This document shows positions 1 to 13,800 of a DNA stretch of 64,000 bases, piece after piece (the stretch's first letter is position 1; each line of letters starts with the position of its first letter). Under the pieces are notes generated by a model, which saw nothing but the letters and a program-made list of their open reading frames with translations, made no database searches and was not told where the DNA came from. Both the position numbers and the translations under genes were made by a program. Source of the stretch: Acanthaster planci (Eukaryota); contig NW_019091361.1 of the NCBI RefSeq assembly GCF_001949145.1, forward strand, positions 2,114,919 through 2,178,918, written 5' to 3'.

Positions 1-3000
1 TCACTTTAAGGACACGCAGGATTCATCTTAACCACTCCCTCAAATTTCATCAGCTCAGATGCATGCCCCGCCCTCTTTCAGTCAGTGCATCTCGTTTCAA
101 CGCTGCAGATTTACTTTTTTCACACTCCCTGATCACAGACAATGACAGGTTACGTAATGCGTGGTTGTCAACTGCTCGGCCTGACAGGCCACTGGTCGCT
201 CCCTCTCGTCTCACCATAGAGCTACAAACCCACCAACCCGTGATGAGCACGACCGTTTCCCGCACATATTCTGCAGGCTCGCCCGTTACACGAGATCTTC
301 ATATTCTTATGCATAGGGGCCTACCAACTGAATTTACTAATTTCTAACTTTGCAGGACTAATCCTCAGTAATTCCTACGGATTAGGCGCAGGAAACTCGT
401 CAATCAAAAATGTACCGCGTCCTCTGTTGCTGTTCCCCATTCGCGAGGAACTTATCAATTTGAAGAGATGTTGGGCACGAGGCGTTATTCTGATGAAGAC
501 AGAGATAATGGGTGACGAGGTCTCCAATTTTAGGTCAGGGATGTGAAGAGCCACAGTGATCACAGTTGTTATCATAAGAGGTTCCTTTTTTGGTATCAAA
601 TTACATCTTTCTTGCTACCAAGGACTAATTCTCGCGCGATGCTTGCCGCTGTACTAGAGCTCCCTTTTTGATCAGTATTGACTTAACGTATGAGACATTT
701 TTCTTGAATCACTGCTTTTGTCTGCTTCTCCGAACTGACTCATTCCATTTTGGATGTGATAATGGGATGTATTCGCAAATAAGGCGTCAAGTCTCAGGTG
801 GGCCGACAAGACGCCTCTCATGAAGGTAGTGAAGCTTCTTTTCAGAGAATATATCTTTTTAAACAAGGTTTGCCCTGCATGCTAAATAGATTGAAACAAA
901 ACAAAGCAAAGTATGCCCCATGTACACCGAGTTACCAAATTTAATTTCATAAGCTTTCAACAAACTCGAGAGATATTGTATAGGCTATGTACGCCCACCT
1001 GTAACTGAACAAAAATGACCAATCCCATGGTGCATAGCAATTTACCTATTTCAAGAGGTTCACTGTTACAAACAGTGATGCTTTCCATCTTTAAAAGTGA
1101 GATATATTTCACAGTCATCTCCCTATTACACGCTCGAAATTCTCAGTCAGTAGCTCCACCTCAAATTGAACTAACCAAGAATCTATATTACCCTCCAGGG
1201 AACTGAGTCAGGGAACCTGTTTTTGCCGAGGAGCGGGGAAGAGATTTCACCAACAAATTACAGCTAGTCCGCACGGAGCCACCGCTTTTTAACACGTGCG
1301 TGAAAATATATTTCACGGAGGGAAATACTGCTAATTGGTGTCGCGATAAAAAGATGTTCCAAAATGTTTGAAGGGGTCACGGACTGTGCCTGAATCCAAC
1401 CGGCACTGAGAACGGAAGAGAGGTGCCGGGTGAGAACTATCTGCGAGGAACTTTTATGTGATCAGGATTCCCCTATCGATCGCCCTAAACGGTGAGCTGG
1501 TGTGCCATACACTATCATGCGAAACTGTCCCACGAAGTTCGATCGATGCAGGACGGGAATAAATAAGTTGCTCTTTGTCAAAACTCGCCCGTTGATCTTT
1601 TGGTTGGTCTTTTTGTCGATGAATGTTTTTTTCCTCTGAAGAAAGTCAAGAATTTTTTGACTGCTTATGATCATTCCCATCAGTCAAGACTCAAATATTA
1701 TACATGCGGTTTGGCGCTTAGTTTCGGTAATAAATAAGTATTTGCAAAGTTTCCGTGAAAACGTATCAGAATAATACCATTTTATGAGAAGTATAGCTGA
1801 AATTATAGACTGGTTTGTCAAACATTTAACAATGCATCCACACTCGTTTGGACTAGCTTGGACACTGTCAGTATCTAGTTAGACACTCTCTAGCAGACGA
1901 CAAGAAGGTTGCATCTCTTCACGTGTACTGAAAATAATTGTCACCTTGCAGGAAAGCAGACTTAAATAGGCGAAACACAATAGATGGTATCTGGAGGCTA
2001 ATTCGTTCGTCCTCTCGAGACTTAATGACAACTAAATCCGCAGAGAAAACCCTCGTGTTTCCCCAAGGCTCCATCTGAGTTCCTGGTGCCACGCTCCAAG
2101 GATTTTCCCTTCCGGAACAGACTCCACAACGACTCACGCCGTCTAAAATATACAAACCACCAGTTTCCAATCTCTACATTTCCCCGCCGAGCACGTACCG
2201 TTTTTAAACGGGACAATCAGGGGGAGGTAGATGCTCTCCGGTACCTTCTAAAGCCCTCCAAAATCACAGTATTATTCCAAAAGTGATAACCCATAGCTAT
2301 TTTTCTTGAATTTCTTTCCTGGACTGGCAGGCGAACGCTCATTTCAATAAGTTGCACGCCAACAGACCTGCCAATCGATTTTCAATAATCAGAGAATTTC
2401 CCCACGGCTGCCTTAACCAACCCCCTCCAGCCACGCCCTTGTCCCAAAGGGAAAGGCCTTGGAATGGGGTGCCTAATTAGCTGGAGCAGAAAGCCAGTGT
2501 CTACGAAAGACCCAATCCACGGAGAGTTTTGAAGGGTTGATTGGCAGCCGGGAAAAGTGACTAATGAGCTGTAGAATAACAGCCCTTTGTTGATACAAAT
2601 CGGCTTCATGAATGTTGCAAATCTCATTACTTGTAACACGGTTTGTGTGAAAGGGAGAGTTAGTGTTGCAGCTGCAAAATATCCAAAGTGTCCGAAGGCC
2701 TGATGTCCTTTTTGCAGCGGGTTACTCCGTATAGAAAACGAAAATATTTTTGGGTCAAAACCTTGTCAGCCGCTCCACTTTGCCCCCATGAAGTCAGAGT
2801 ATTGAGTACAATCCGATTTGTGTGAATATTTTTATCATAGGCCCACAAACTGTTCCCTCCTGACTAAAGAGCACACCGAGTGGCTGGATGTCAGAAAAAT
2901 TAGTCTTTCTTTGTTCTGCTTTTGAGAAATCCAATTTGGATTTTGTAATTAAGACTACGTTTGTAGTAAATAATTTTTAACAGGTAATGAAGAAATTTTA

Positions 3001-6000
3001 CTCCAGATATCGCCAGTTTAAAAGGACAGAGTTTTAATTATTTTTTTCTGTTACAGTGAATAAGTTTAGAGGTCGTTCCCTCTTGTTTCAATTTATCTAA
3101 TTTCAATATGGTCCAAATAAATTGAATATGACTTTCCTTCCCATCCTGTCCATTGGCTTAGATGTTCAACAGTTCTCCCCGTAATCCAATTATTCAAAAT
3201 CGGTAATCTCCAAACGATCACTGCGTTTCAGTATAACATTATTAGTCTTGAGGCATCGACGGTCAACCGCAAATTTGACTTCTCCGAAATTAAGAGTTCA
3301 CTCCCTGGAGCCGTATGGCGTGAGTGGTCAGTAATTCAAAATATCCTGCTGAAGTTGCTCATTTTTTGTGTGGGGTGTCATTTTAGGAAAAATGTGGAAT
3401 ACGATCCCTTCATTGATTCTGCTCTCACAACCTGTGTGTCATATACCCACTATCCAGGTTTTCTATTAAAACATAAACTCTGGCTTGTTCGATTCGTCAT
3501 GTTTACTTCCCATCAGATACATCTTTTGCACATAACGATGACAGGAGGTCACAGTCACGGCTTATTAATTAAGTTAAGCAGCTTTTACTAATGCATTGGA
3601 TACCGAAATACCTCAATGACAGGCATACACACGTCCTTGATAATAACCACGTCTGTGGGGGAAATGTGTTGTTTTCAACAGTAGAAATTGTGAGGGCGAA
3701 AGCAGTAAGTAAGCGATACATCATTTTGGTGAAGAATACGGAGAACTCTACGTTGATATAATTCTGCCAAGCACTGCTTCAAAAGCGCTGAAGACTTTGC
3801 ATTAATTCTGTCCTGTCGTGACCGCTGCAGTACTCTGTGAGGGCCATCTGAGCGGTTATCTGATATAAACAAACTTCCGAAATCTATTAGCAAATGACTG
3901 GACCCCATGGATCTTCGGTTGTAGAAGTATTTTCTTCTGCAGAGGGAATGGGGGCTCAGATCATTCCGAGCCTGTAACATAATTCAATTATTTCCGGGAC
4001 TAACATGACTAATTTTTAGTTGTGCATTATCTCTGTGTAAATCTTAGGGCGTTGCTTTCAACACGAAGGTCCCTCTTGCCCCTAAACGACAGACGTCTTT
4101 ATGACAAATGATGAATCGCAGTCCAATAAATCGGACAATGAAATTTCCGCTTTTCCCGCATCTCGTGAAAAACCATCAGTAGGCCTATTTATGCCCGAGG
4201 CCCCTGGAATTTGTTAAAAACCATAAGAACGGTCGAATGCACGGATTTAAGCAGAGATAGACATTCCTTAATTTGTTGCTGATAAACTGCTCAGGCAAAT
4301 ATTTAAGCGCCAGAAACAATAACCTTATGTTTGTTCTTAGATTCCGTCCAAGGTGACCGTGAAGTCTAGTGTATATCCCACAATTAGATCGGTAATTGGT
4401 TAGTTCCATTGGATGACAACTTAATAACACCTGTGAGTCTTTAATGCCTGTTGTATCCCGTCACTCACAGTGATAACAAACTGTCAATCACGTCACAATA
4501 ATTAGTTGAGAAACTCTTGATAAGTCAGTAATTAGGAGGTAGGTCTCTACCCAATGTCATCCCATAATATGGGATTTAACAGTCTTTGCGAAAAGAGCAA
4601 CAAAAGGACAAACAGCTAATCCGCAAGAGGTGCGCAATTAGTGGATGGATCGACACAGACGTTCCAGCGGGTGCATTCATGGGCCTTCCGAGTAGGTACC
4701 TTGATAATCTCATTGGTCACTTACCGGATTTCCAAATTGCTAATAATCAATAAGTAGGTATCAAAGTATCACACCCACGGCAATGTGGTATATCATAAGC
4801 TCTTTTTAATTTATATCCTTTCTTCTTAAAGTTTTAGGCAAAATCTTGTTTCTTCTGAAGTTGGGGCTTCAGTTCTAACAAGCACGGTGATTTTTATATT
4901 TTAGTGTGTCACATCATGATCTGATTGGAGTGTGCACTGGGTACTGTAACTTTATAGGGACAGTCGTATATATGAACGTACACCCAACTGATACTTCATT
5001 CGGGCCCAGACAACTCTGACCAACTCTTGAGAAGAGTTTGCCCAAGAATGTGCCATGCAGACGGTTGGCATTTTGATCAATGTCGTAACTTCAACTTCTT
5101 GAGCATCAACTGCCGCTTTTTGATGGTGTCTTTCATGTTTATTTTATTTGCTCTGGTGACTATTTCATACAACCAAACACTCCCTAACTCAAGGGAACTC
5201 TGAAAGGTAATTACATACCGTCTGCATCCCTGTAAGCAAAGTTTCCTGATCGATGAGATAATGGGGACTCTTGATCTCCTGCAGATAACCATCTAGACGC
5301 TCCACGATGTTAGCAAATGTTATTTTTGCTGTGCACCATTATACGGAACTTAAATTCCTGGACTGTTAGCCTGCGATAAATAGTCTGCGTCTAACGCTGA
5401 AACAGTTTCAATTAGCCTGATTTAATTTGATTTAACAAGTGTATCCAACTGACAGAAATGAGCTTTCGGAATGAACGTGTAAATATGCCAATTTGAGGGC
5501 AAGGGCAAAAGACCCCAGGGCAGGTCACAGGGGGTGCACAAATTTTCATGATTAGTAATGTTGACATACTAAATTGCACTAATATCCTTTCTGTCAAATC
5601 AATAACGCGTGCTGAGCGATGCAACGGAACCATGGAGTTAGTACCGTATCGATTTTATTGACAGGCCAAGGAATGCAGCACCTTCATGTGACATTAAATA
5701 TTGATGGTGTTTATTCTACTCGCCATTGAGCCCCATCGACCAATCATTAGCCCTGAATGAATCCTTACGTCACGCGCACTCCAGAAAGTATCCAATACAG
5801 ATTAAAGAGATCGATAAGTAATGTATCATCCTGGCGATTTACTATCGACTCTCATTAGTTATGACAAAATTACTATTAATGAGAGTCATTAAAATTTCAC
5901 GAGAGGAAACACTCTGTGTCAGCGTTACTGTGTTATGGCGTATTTGGGGAACACCTTTAAGACGATGCATACTAATGCTATGCGTTTGTGTGAACGCAAG

Positions 6001-7810
6001 CGCGTACATTGTTAGAATTTTTTTCTGTACATTTACATAGAATGTTATATCAACTGTTATTACAAAATTATATCATGTTAATGAACAGAGGCTCATTTTG
6101 TACATGGACAGATTTTTATTTGTGGATTTACGAAGACGTTGCTTTCTGACTAAAACAATTATATCTGCGGAAACAACGTAGACGAGGTTGAAGGAGGCTG
6201 CTTACAAGGTTGAGGTTGGCTACCTACGCTTTTCGTTGGTAATGACATTGACATGTTTGGTTTTTATGTCATGTGTTTAATGTGTTATTTAATGTGTCCT
6301 CACCTGATCGATGCAGTATGATTACAGTTGCTACTCACTAGACTGATCTATAATGGCACGCAGCTTGCTTATAATATATGTGCATCGCTTTTTTCTTTCG
6401 AATTTAGTCACAGCTGGCAGAATGGTAGGTTAAAAACATATTTGTTTTGACAGTTCTCGTTTTGGGCACACAAGATGACTCGGAATAAAATTCTCCACAA
6501 AAAACATTACCTGTTACTCGCAATAACAGGAAACATGAGAAAAATGGCGAAATCGGCTTTATGAAAGTGGTTTTGTGCACCAAAGTCAATATGCAAATTT
6601 ATGCTAATTCATGTTGCAGAGGAAAATTGTACATTTACAAAGCCTTTAGCGGGGTTCTGTTGTAACAAAAAAATCGCTGTACAGTCACAAAGTGCGTCCG
6701 TTACAAAGATTCTCTAATTACTTAATTACTGAAAAAGCATTGAAGCTCAACCCAATTTTTAACAGTGTATAGAAATAAATCCATTTTCAAGTTTGAAGTT
6801 CACACCACTTTTGGTAAATAGACGAATGTGTGGACCACTGTATACAGAGAAAACATTCAATGTAAGATTTTGTTATGATTTTCATGCCACATAAAACTAA
6901 CGACAATACCCGTCAGGACCCGCTGACGACATTCACACAGTAGAATAGTAATACCGCAGAGATATGAACTTTTCACTTCGCAAAGATATAGCCACAGTTC
7001 TTTTTTTCTCGTTTCCTGAAACACATTATGCTCCTGCATTCGAATTCCCTCTTGTTGACCTGAACCGCCGATCACTTATTACGGTCTGTCCGTCCGTGAG
7101 TGGCTGCGCCGCACTTTTGTCACGCTGCGCGGGGCGTTTTGTTGAGTCACGGATGAGTAGATAGAATGATATAGTGGCAACAGTGTTCAACTTGCCGCAC
7201 GGCAGCCGGCCAACTGCTAGACAGGATAGGAGGAGAGAACTCACAGGCCACCAACTGTCTGACTAATCACATGCGCGCTGACGTTGCGCCGCTCCAAGTA
7301 CACATCACCACTTCGTGCCGCCCCCAACACAGATGTAAATTTGCTGCTGGAATGTACACATGCCAGACGGCGGACCTGTAAAGACATCGGTAGCTTTCCA
7401 ACCAGAAGTATTCCCAGAAACTTTATATTCCTTGTTATCACTGGAGACAGTGACACTGCTCATATCAACAGTTAGCTGCAAACAGCGACCGCGGAGAACT
7501 TGGCGCATCCGAAGTCAAACGATAACCTCGTGGCGCTTCAACCTGCGCGTGGCTTCACCGGGACAGGGGCTATACCTGTCAGTGAAGACGTGTACTCTGG
7601 CCTATTCCCTGTGGAGTAACTGATGAAATCTTACCACTGAGTTGGGAGGTAACAGCGATAAGACAGTTCCAAGACGCACAGCATCTGCGGAAGAAGACCG
7701 GTGTTAGTTAACCAGTGGTGGAACTTGACTCACTTTATTTACGGTGACTTCAAGTCTCTCTCTCTGTGTCTCTTTTTATCAAACTTTGCAGAGCGGAGAC
7801 TAATTTCAAA

Positions 7811-7891
7811 ATGAGGCAAGGAATATTTCGTATGTTGCTTCTCGTCACAGCTGCCTGTTTGGTGTATTCTGCCACAGCATCAGCCAAAAGG
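7811..7891 (+). CDS. ADAMTSL5: ADAMTSL5-like exon 1, signal peptide MRQGIFRMLLLVTAACLVYSATASAKR
   Basis: ATG in caaaATG context, hydrophobic core with ASA cleavage-type motif, GTGAGT donor, phase 0 matches exon 2. Confidence 0.75.
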
Positions 7892-10800
7892 GTGAGTTTT
7901 AATTTCTTGGTATTTCGTTAATATTGCATTTCGTATAGTCTGATACCTCTAGAACGAGAGGCATCTTCTCGAAGTACGATACTCCAGCCTCATCGGTTGG
8001 ATTATGCGTGCTGGTTCTCGTTAATCTGCTACAAGTGTTTGAAGACACTTCGATTCATTTGTAGTGTGTTTGGTACATTCATCCGTCAGTCTGAACGACA
8101 TTTTGTTGAGGCATGGTTGTGACATTGTGAACCTTGCTCTATGGTGTAAGAAATGATTCAGTCTAGGGGTTAAACGACAAAATGTTTGTTACCCTCTCAC
8201 TTGAGGCAACAACCATTATCCTACACTTGTCTTCACCGGGGGCCATTTGTTAATTTCAGCGTTCCTTCGTGTACCTTGTAAGGGATCTGTTGAAGTGTAC
8301 AACTCCGTGGCAAAAGTAATATATTTTATCGCTCCAATACATGGACGATGACAGAAACCCAATGTGTCAACACTCACCATGAATTATGTGCCACAGGGGA
8401 TTTGCGGACATATTCCAGCTTCAGAACCTCATCAATAATTTTTGCTGGGCTTGTAGATTTATTGCTTTTATTTCGATGACGTTTGAGTACGCATGTCACT
8501 GCCAAGTGTATACTTTCCGTTTTGGGGTGTTTTGTGCCCCACAAGAAAAAAAGAGGCTGGGACAAATAAAAATGACAGATGGAAGGAACCCAAAGCCGGG
8601 CACGTCTATGGGTTCAACGAGTTGAACTTTTCGGGGCAGTACCGAGAACCGTTACAACAATACGTTGGGTTGAGCAAAATACTGGTGCCACCCGTTCGCG
8701 GTCAAAATGATGCTTTTAAGGGGGTGACACTACACTTTAAAGGGTTAGCGGGGTTCAAAATACTTGCTATTTGGAGGGGTCTTGGTTCACTGTCTGATGA
8801 ATTGAGGTGTTACAAATGGAGAATGCGCACCAAACTGCTCCTTTGCTAATTTTGCAAGTTAAACAAAACGGAAAGGGAACATCTGGTTACGGTTGAGTAT
8901 TTTTCACTCTCGTGCAAAACTGATTCCAACTGTTGCGCTCACTCTCTACGGAGACACAGCAGACTTCCAATCATGCCCCAAACTGCTATAGAAGGAAAAA
9001 CAAACCAACCGAGAATGAGAATAACGACTACATCCTTAACAACCGAGGGGCTAACCGTGGCAAAACGGGGATACCCCCTTCAAGGGAGAGACGCCATATG
9101 TAAGCCTGCGGCACCTTGAATCAATTCGCGGGTCCGTGGCGCTGGGATTACCGCTGCAAATTGGTCGAAATGGCGGGCTTTCCGCTGCTGTACATTGGCA
9201 TGTTTCCTTGAGGTTACCCAAATAATGTGGCACCTTGAGGAAAGCTAGCTGTGGGAAAATGACTTCGCTGACTAATTGGATTTGCCAAATTAAAATACCC
9301 TCCTAGAGACAAACGTGGGCCGCGTCGTCGGGGATTCTCCGTAAACAAAAGAACAATCTTTAAGAACCTTTTTGGGTTCCTGATATCTTTTCCTTAATTC
9401 TTTCCCAGGCGTTTCAGATTGTTTTCTTTGTTTGACTTGAAGGAATATTCTCATTTATTTACCGAACACCATGTTTTAACCCCCCAAAATCCTTTGAGTA
9501 CTACCTTTTTCCGAATTTCTATTTTTTTTATTTGGTTTAATTCATTTTTTGCCTTTTTTTAATTGTCTCATATTTGCTTTTTCAAGAGAAGCATTTTATC
9601 ATTTTCTATTCTTTTAATAGTTTCGGCTATTTACGATAGTCTGCCAGATTTAATGATTTTGGGGGATCCGTGCAAGGAGTCTTAGAAAATTTTTATTTTC
9701 CAACCCCAAAAATATATTTAAAGTAAAGGGTAAAAAAGCAAGGAATGTGAGACCATTTGAAAATCCAATAGTTTCAGCAGTTTCTTAGTATCTGTCAACC
9801 ATCACGTTTACACACAATGCCCGTTGACAAGGCAGCGATGTAGGCCATACAAAAGTCACACAAACAAGTACATGTATACCCAAATGCGGAGCACTTTTCG
9901 ACAAGTACTTTTCGTCGTTTCGGGGTAGTAATCAGGTTTATGTAATTCTAATCTCATACTGGTACCCATGTTACTGCTTGGCTGCCAGAAACATTTTTAT
10001 TTTTGTTTCTTGTGTGAAGTGATGTAATCGTTTTGCTTGTAAGCAAACCTCGTTTCACAAAGAATTATTGTCAAAAGTTGCTCTATATACGCCTACTTGA
10101 TTAAAAATTGAAAACAGAACTTTGACCTTTTCCCATGCATTATAGAATCGAGTATCTATTCAGACAGTGCTGCGGTAATATCTTATCCAAGACAGACTCT
10201 ATAAAACATGTTGGACCCTCCCGATGACATTCGGCTTCCGTTTTGTACAATCTTCTTGCCATCCTCTTCCTGCTTTCATTTGGCATTCCTGGGTAAGTCA
10301 TTCAAAAGGATATGCCAGCAGATTACTGTCAGAGACTGCGCAGCTTCAAAGTTTAGGGGAAAATTGTTTAGCGTCGCTGCAAAAATGAAAATTCCAGCTA
10401 AAAGTTCAAGCGACGCATTGGAAGCGCTGCGAAGACTGCGCAGAACAGGACAAAAAAACTGCCGCACATTTTCAAGAAGGGTGGGCATCTTGTGATTTGG
10501 AGAACAGCCACTCAGCGAGATAGTATGCTCTGCCGTTGGGTGGTATTAGGGTGAGAGCACTCACAGCCGGGGAGATACCTCCCGACACTCCGGCAGACAA
10601 AGGGAAGATCCAAAGGCTTGAGCAATCCATGAAGGAAAGATAAAGCCGACAATTCCGGCTGTGAAAAGAAGACAGAAGCCGTGCCTGCAAACACAGGGAT
10701 ATAATTGCAACAATTGTACCTGTCCCTTGCTCACGCCTCCGGTCCACCCCCAGTCCACTGCTTCTTTCTTTGACAATGAAAAGGCGATCATTAAATTCTT

Positions 10801-13800
10801 TTCTACATGTTCTGCGGCACTTTCTTCTCTTTTTTATGCCACAAGCTCATTTCGGGCTATGCGACTTTGTGGCCACAGCAGATCATCGCTGAATGACTGA
10901 AAAATAATACACAGAACCTTTCACCTCTCGCTCGGCGCTACAAAACAACCGTACAAGGTCTACCTTAATATGGCAACAAGAAAAGTTTTGATAGCGCCTG
11001 TACGTATTGTCGGGGGCACCGCAGGGAGTCCCTCAGCTTCGCTGCGTGTAGCAGAGAGCTCCAGCCCTTCTATTCCGTTTGGGGGCCGTTCGCAACGACA
11101 CCCTGAACAAAAAAAAAAATCAGTGTGGGTCTGCCTTCCATTTCCAACACCTAACACTTTTGTAATTTTTTCTGCTCTACTACGGGTTCAACCTTGTCAC
11201 CTCCCCACTTTGGGCTATTGGGAAATCCTCAACAAAAACACTTTCACGTATTCATGGCCTGAGTCTTAACTGTATACCCCCACTGCCCACACCTTCAACC
11301 ACCAACCAACCGCGGTGTTCACACGCCAGGATTTACACATGCCTACTTGGCCAGCCCATTGTACGGAAGCCCACAAGTCTACAAATGCTTTCGCCAAGAG
11401 CTTTTGCTCTTGCCACCCACACGAGAAGCCCCGAGCTTTTGTTTCTCCTCTGGCGTACGTGTATGTGGCCCTTCACGCCGATTCCCCAGGAACGGTTACA
11501 TTTTGCATCGATCCCCCGTTGACGGAGAAATACTTACTGGGTTGACTCGGGGGCACGTCAAAAGTGGGAGTCTGAGACGAGGCCAAAACCTCGTTATATT
11601 GCTGGGGAAAAAAAATTGGAAGCACGCGTTCTCTGTTCAAGTTTTGCTATTTTGACCTACTCAGGGGTTGCGCAACACCCTGGCTGATCGGTCAAAGAAG
11701 TGTTTTCTATTATTGTCTGTGTTTGTCCAGCCCCGTTGAACGCGAGTGAAATGTGCCTCGGGCGCGCAAAGGTGTGATTCGGCAGACTGGGTTGAGCCAA
11801 TGCTAAAGAACTTGTTCCCCCACCCCACCAACCCACCCCAAAAAAACACGACAACAAGCGACAGAAGCACGAAATCAAACGACTCGGTTTAGCATTCTCA
11901 GGACAAGGTACATAACTGTTAGAAACGCTATCCATAGAAAACTATATCACATTGTTATCAATTTTCTAAATGCTTATCAGAGATTGGTTGAATCTCTGAT
12001 GTCAGTCTCCTTAATGTACCTAACAACTACAGGTATTTTCAAGATGTGTTTTTGCGTTTGGGAGATGTTAATTATATATAATTATATATAAGCAGGAGGT
12101 CGTGGGTTCGAGTCCCACCCGAGTAAGCTTGTGAGNNNNNNNNNNNNNNNNNNNNNNNNNNNNNNNNNNNNNNNNNNNNNNNNNNNNNNNNNNNNGAGCA
12201 TACAGTGCTCATTAATATACGTTGGGTAAGGGCAAAACCGTTATATATAACTACAGGTATGTGTGCACTGGTGTTGGGCTGAAATTTCAACCGAGGGCGC
12301 TATGCGATTATTTCGTGAATGTAAAATATGTTTGGCGGTAAGCGTTAAACTATGATGATATGCCTCCATGTGCTCCGGACTACATCATGATTATTAAGCA
12401 GGAAATAAACAAAGTAGACAAGATTCCATCTATAAATTAATGTCGCGATTTTGCACATAAAAATCTTTCAAAATGCACCCGTACGTCAACCATCACGAAT
12501 ATTTCTGCGGAGACTGGCCTTGTAAATGTTATCCTGGAAGTTAGTCACCAAAAAGATATTTTTGCCCATTTGAAGAGATGCATTTAATGTCTTGAGCCAT
12601 GAACTGATTAAACACAACTTCATATAGAAACCCTTCACCTCAAACGGTTGATTGTCGTTTTACCTTGACATAAATCTAAATTCTATATTCTCAATAGTTA
12701 AACGGGAATGAATAGAGGGATATTAGTGGGGGTGTTCTAATAAATTTGCACCTGTCCTTGCCAGTGCATTCAAAGTAGAGCTTTCATATATATTGGTTGG
12801 TTTTAAATTTTCCACTCTATCAAAATTTAAAATGTTGCTTGCATCTCGATTTAGATAAATTACAGATAATCTTTTGGGATTAAATACGGATAATTGTTTA
12901 AATGTCTCTTATGATATCTATTTTTTAATTCTAAGAGTTCTGTGAGGGGTCATAAAGAGACATGTAGCTGACTTGACCTGAAATTTATCACTCGCAAAAA
13001 TTAATTCTCAGGGGCTATTTGGCTGGAGATGATGGAAATTGGACATATCCTGTTGAAATGATGTGCGATTGTAACTCGCCTCCTCTCCGAATACTCGTCA
13101 GTTTGTGTGTCTTGGTTCTTGGGCACAGTACAATTCGATGACTGTGTATAGCTAACTGTATACATGCAAACTATAGGCGTGATCGTCGTTTCACCGAAGG
13201 TGACATTTTGAGAACGGGCACCTCTCTCATCTCGTAACTTACAACCGGAACACACCCGTGAAAGACTCAATCAGGCTATGCACTACGTATACTCTACACA
13301 TCAAATTAAACTTGAAGTCAGCTTCTTCCATAGCAAAACAGATTAAAACCTTGTCTTCCTTCCACTATTAAAACAATATAGACCCGTTGTTTTCCAAATA
13401 CAAACTGACCAAAACAACATTCTCTCTCCTGCAGAACAGTCCTCTCTTTGATTGTCTCCATGAACATTGGCAAGTGTCTCTTTCTATTAATCTATGATAG
13501 TACAATTTATGGCTGTTTTGGCAGAGTGGCTATAACCAATCCCGAAGCGATATTGAATGCCATGGATCCCATCCATCAGCAGTCGTGATCTCCCCTACCA
13601 TCGCGCTCACTCCCTCAAGACACTTTATAGGTCATCAGATAAGTCATCAATATACTGCCGTTACCTACCGGTACTTACCTACAGTGAAGGGGTTCTTAAT
13701 TGGGTCAACCGTTCCCAAATCTACTTCCATTTACGTGAACTTTAAAGGCTACACCATGTTTAGATTTGAAGTGTGTTTTATAACGAATGAGATACGAGTT

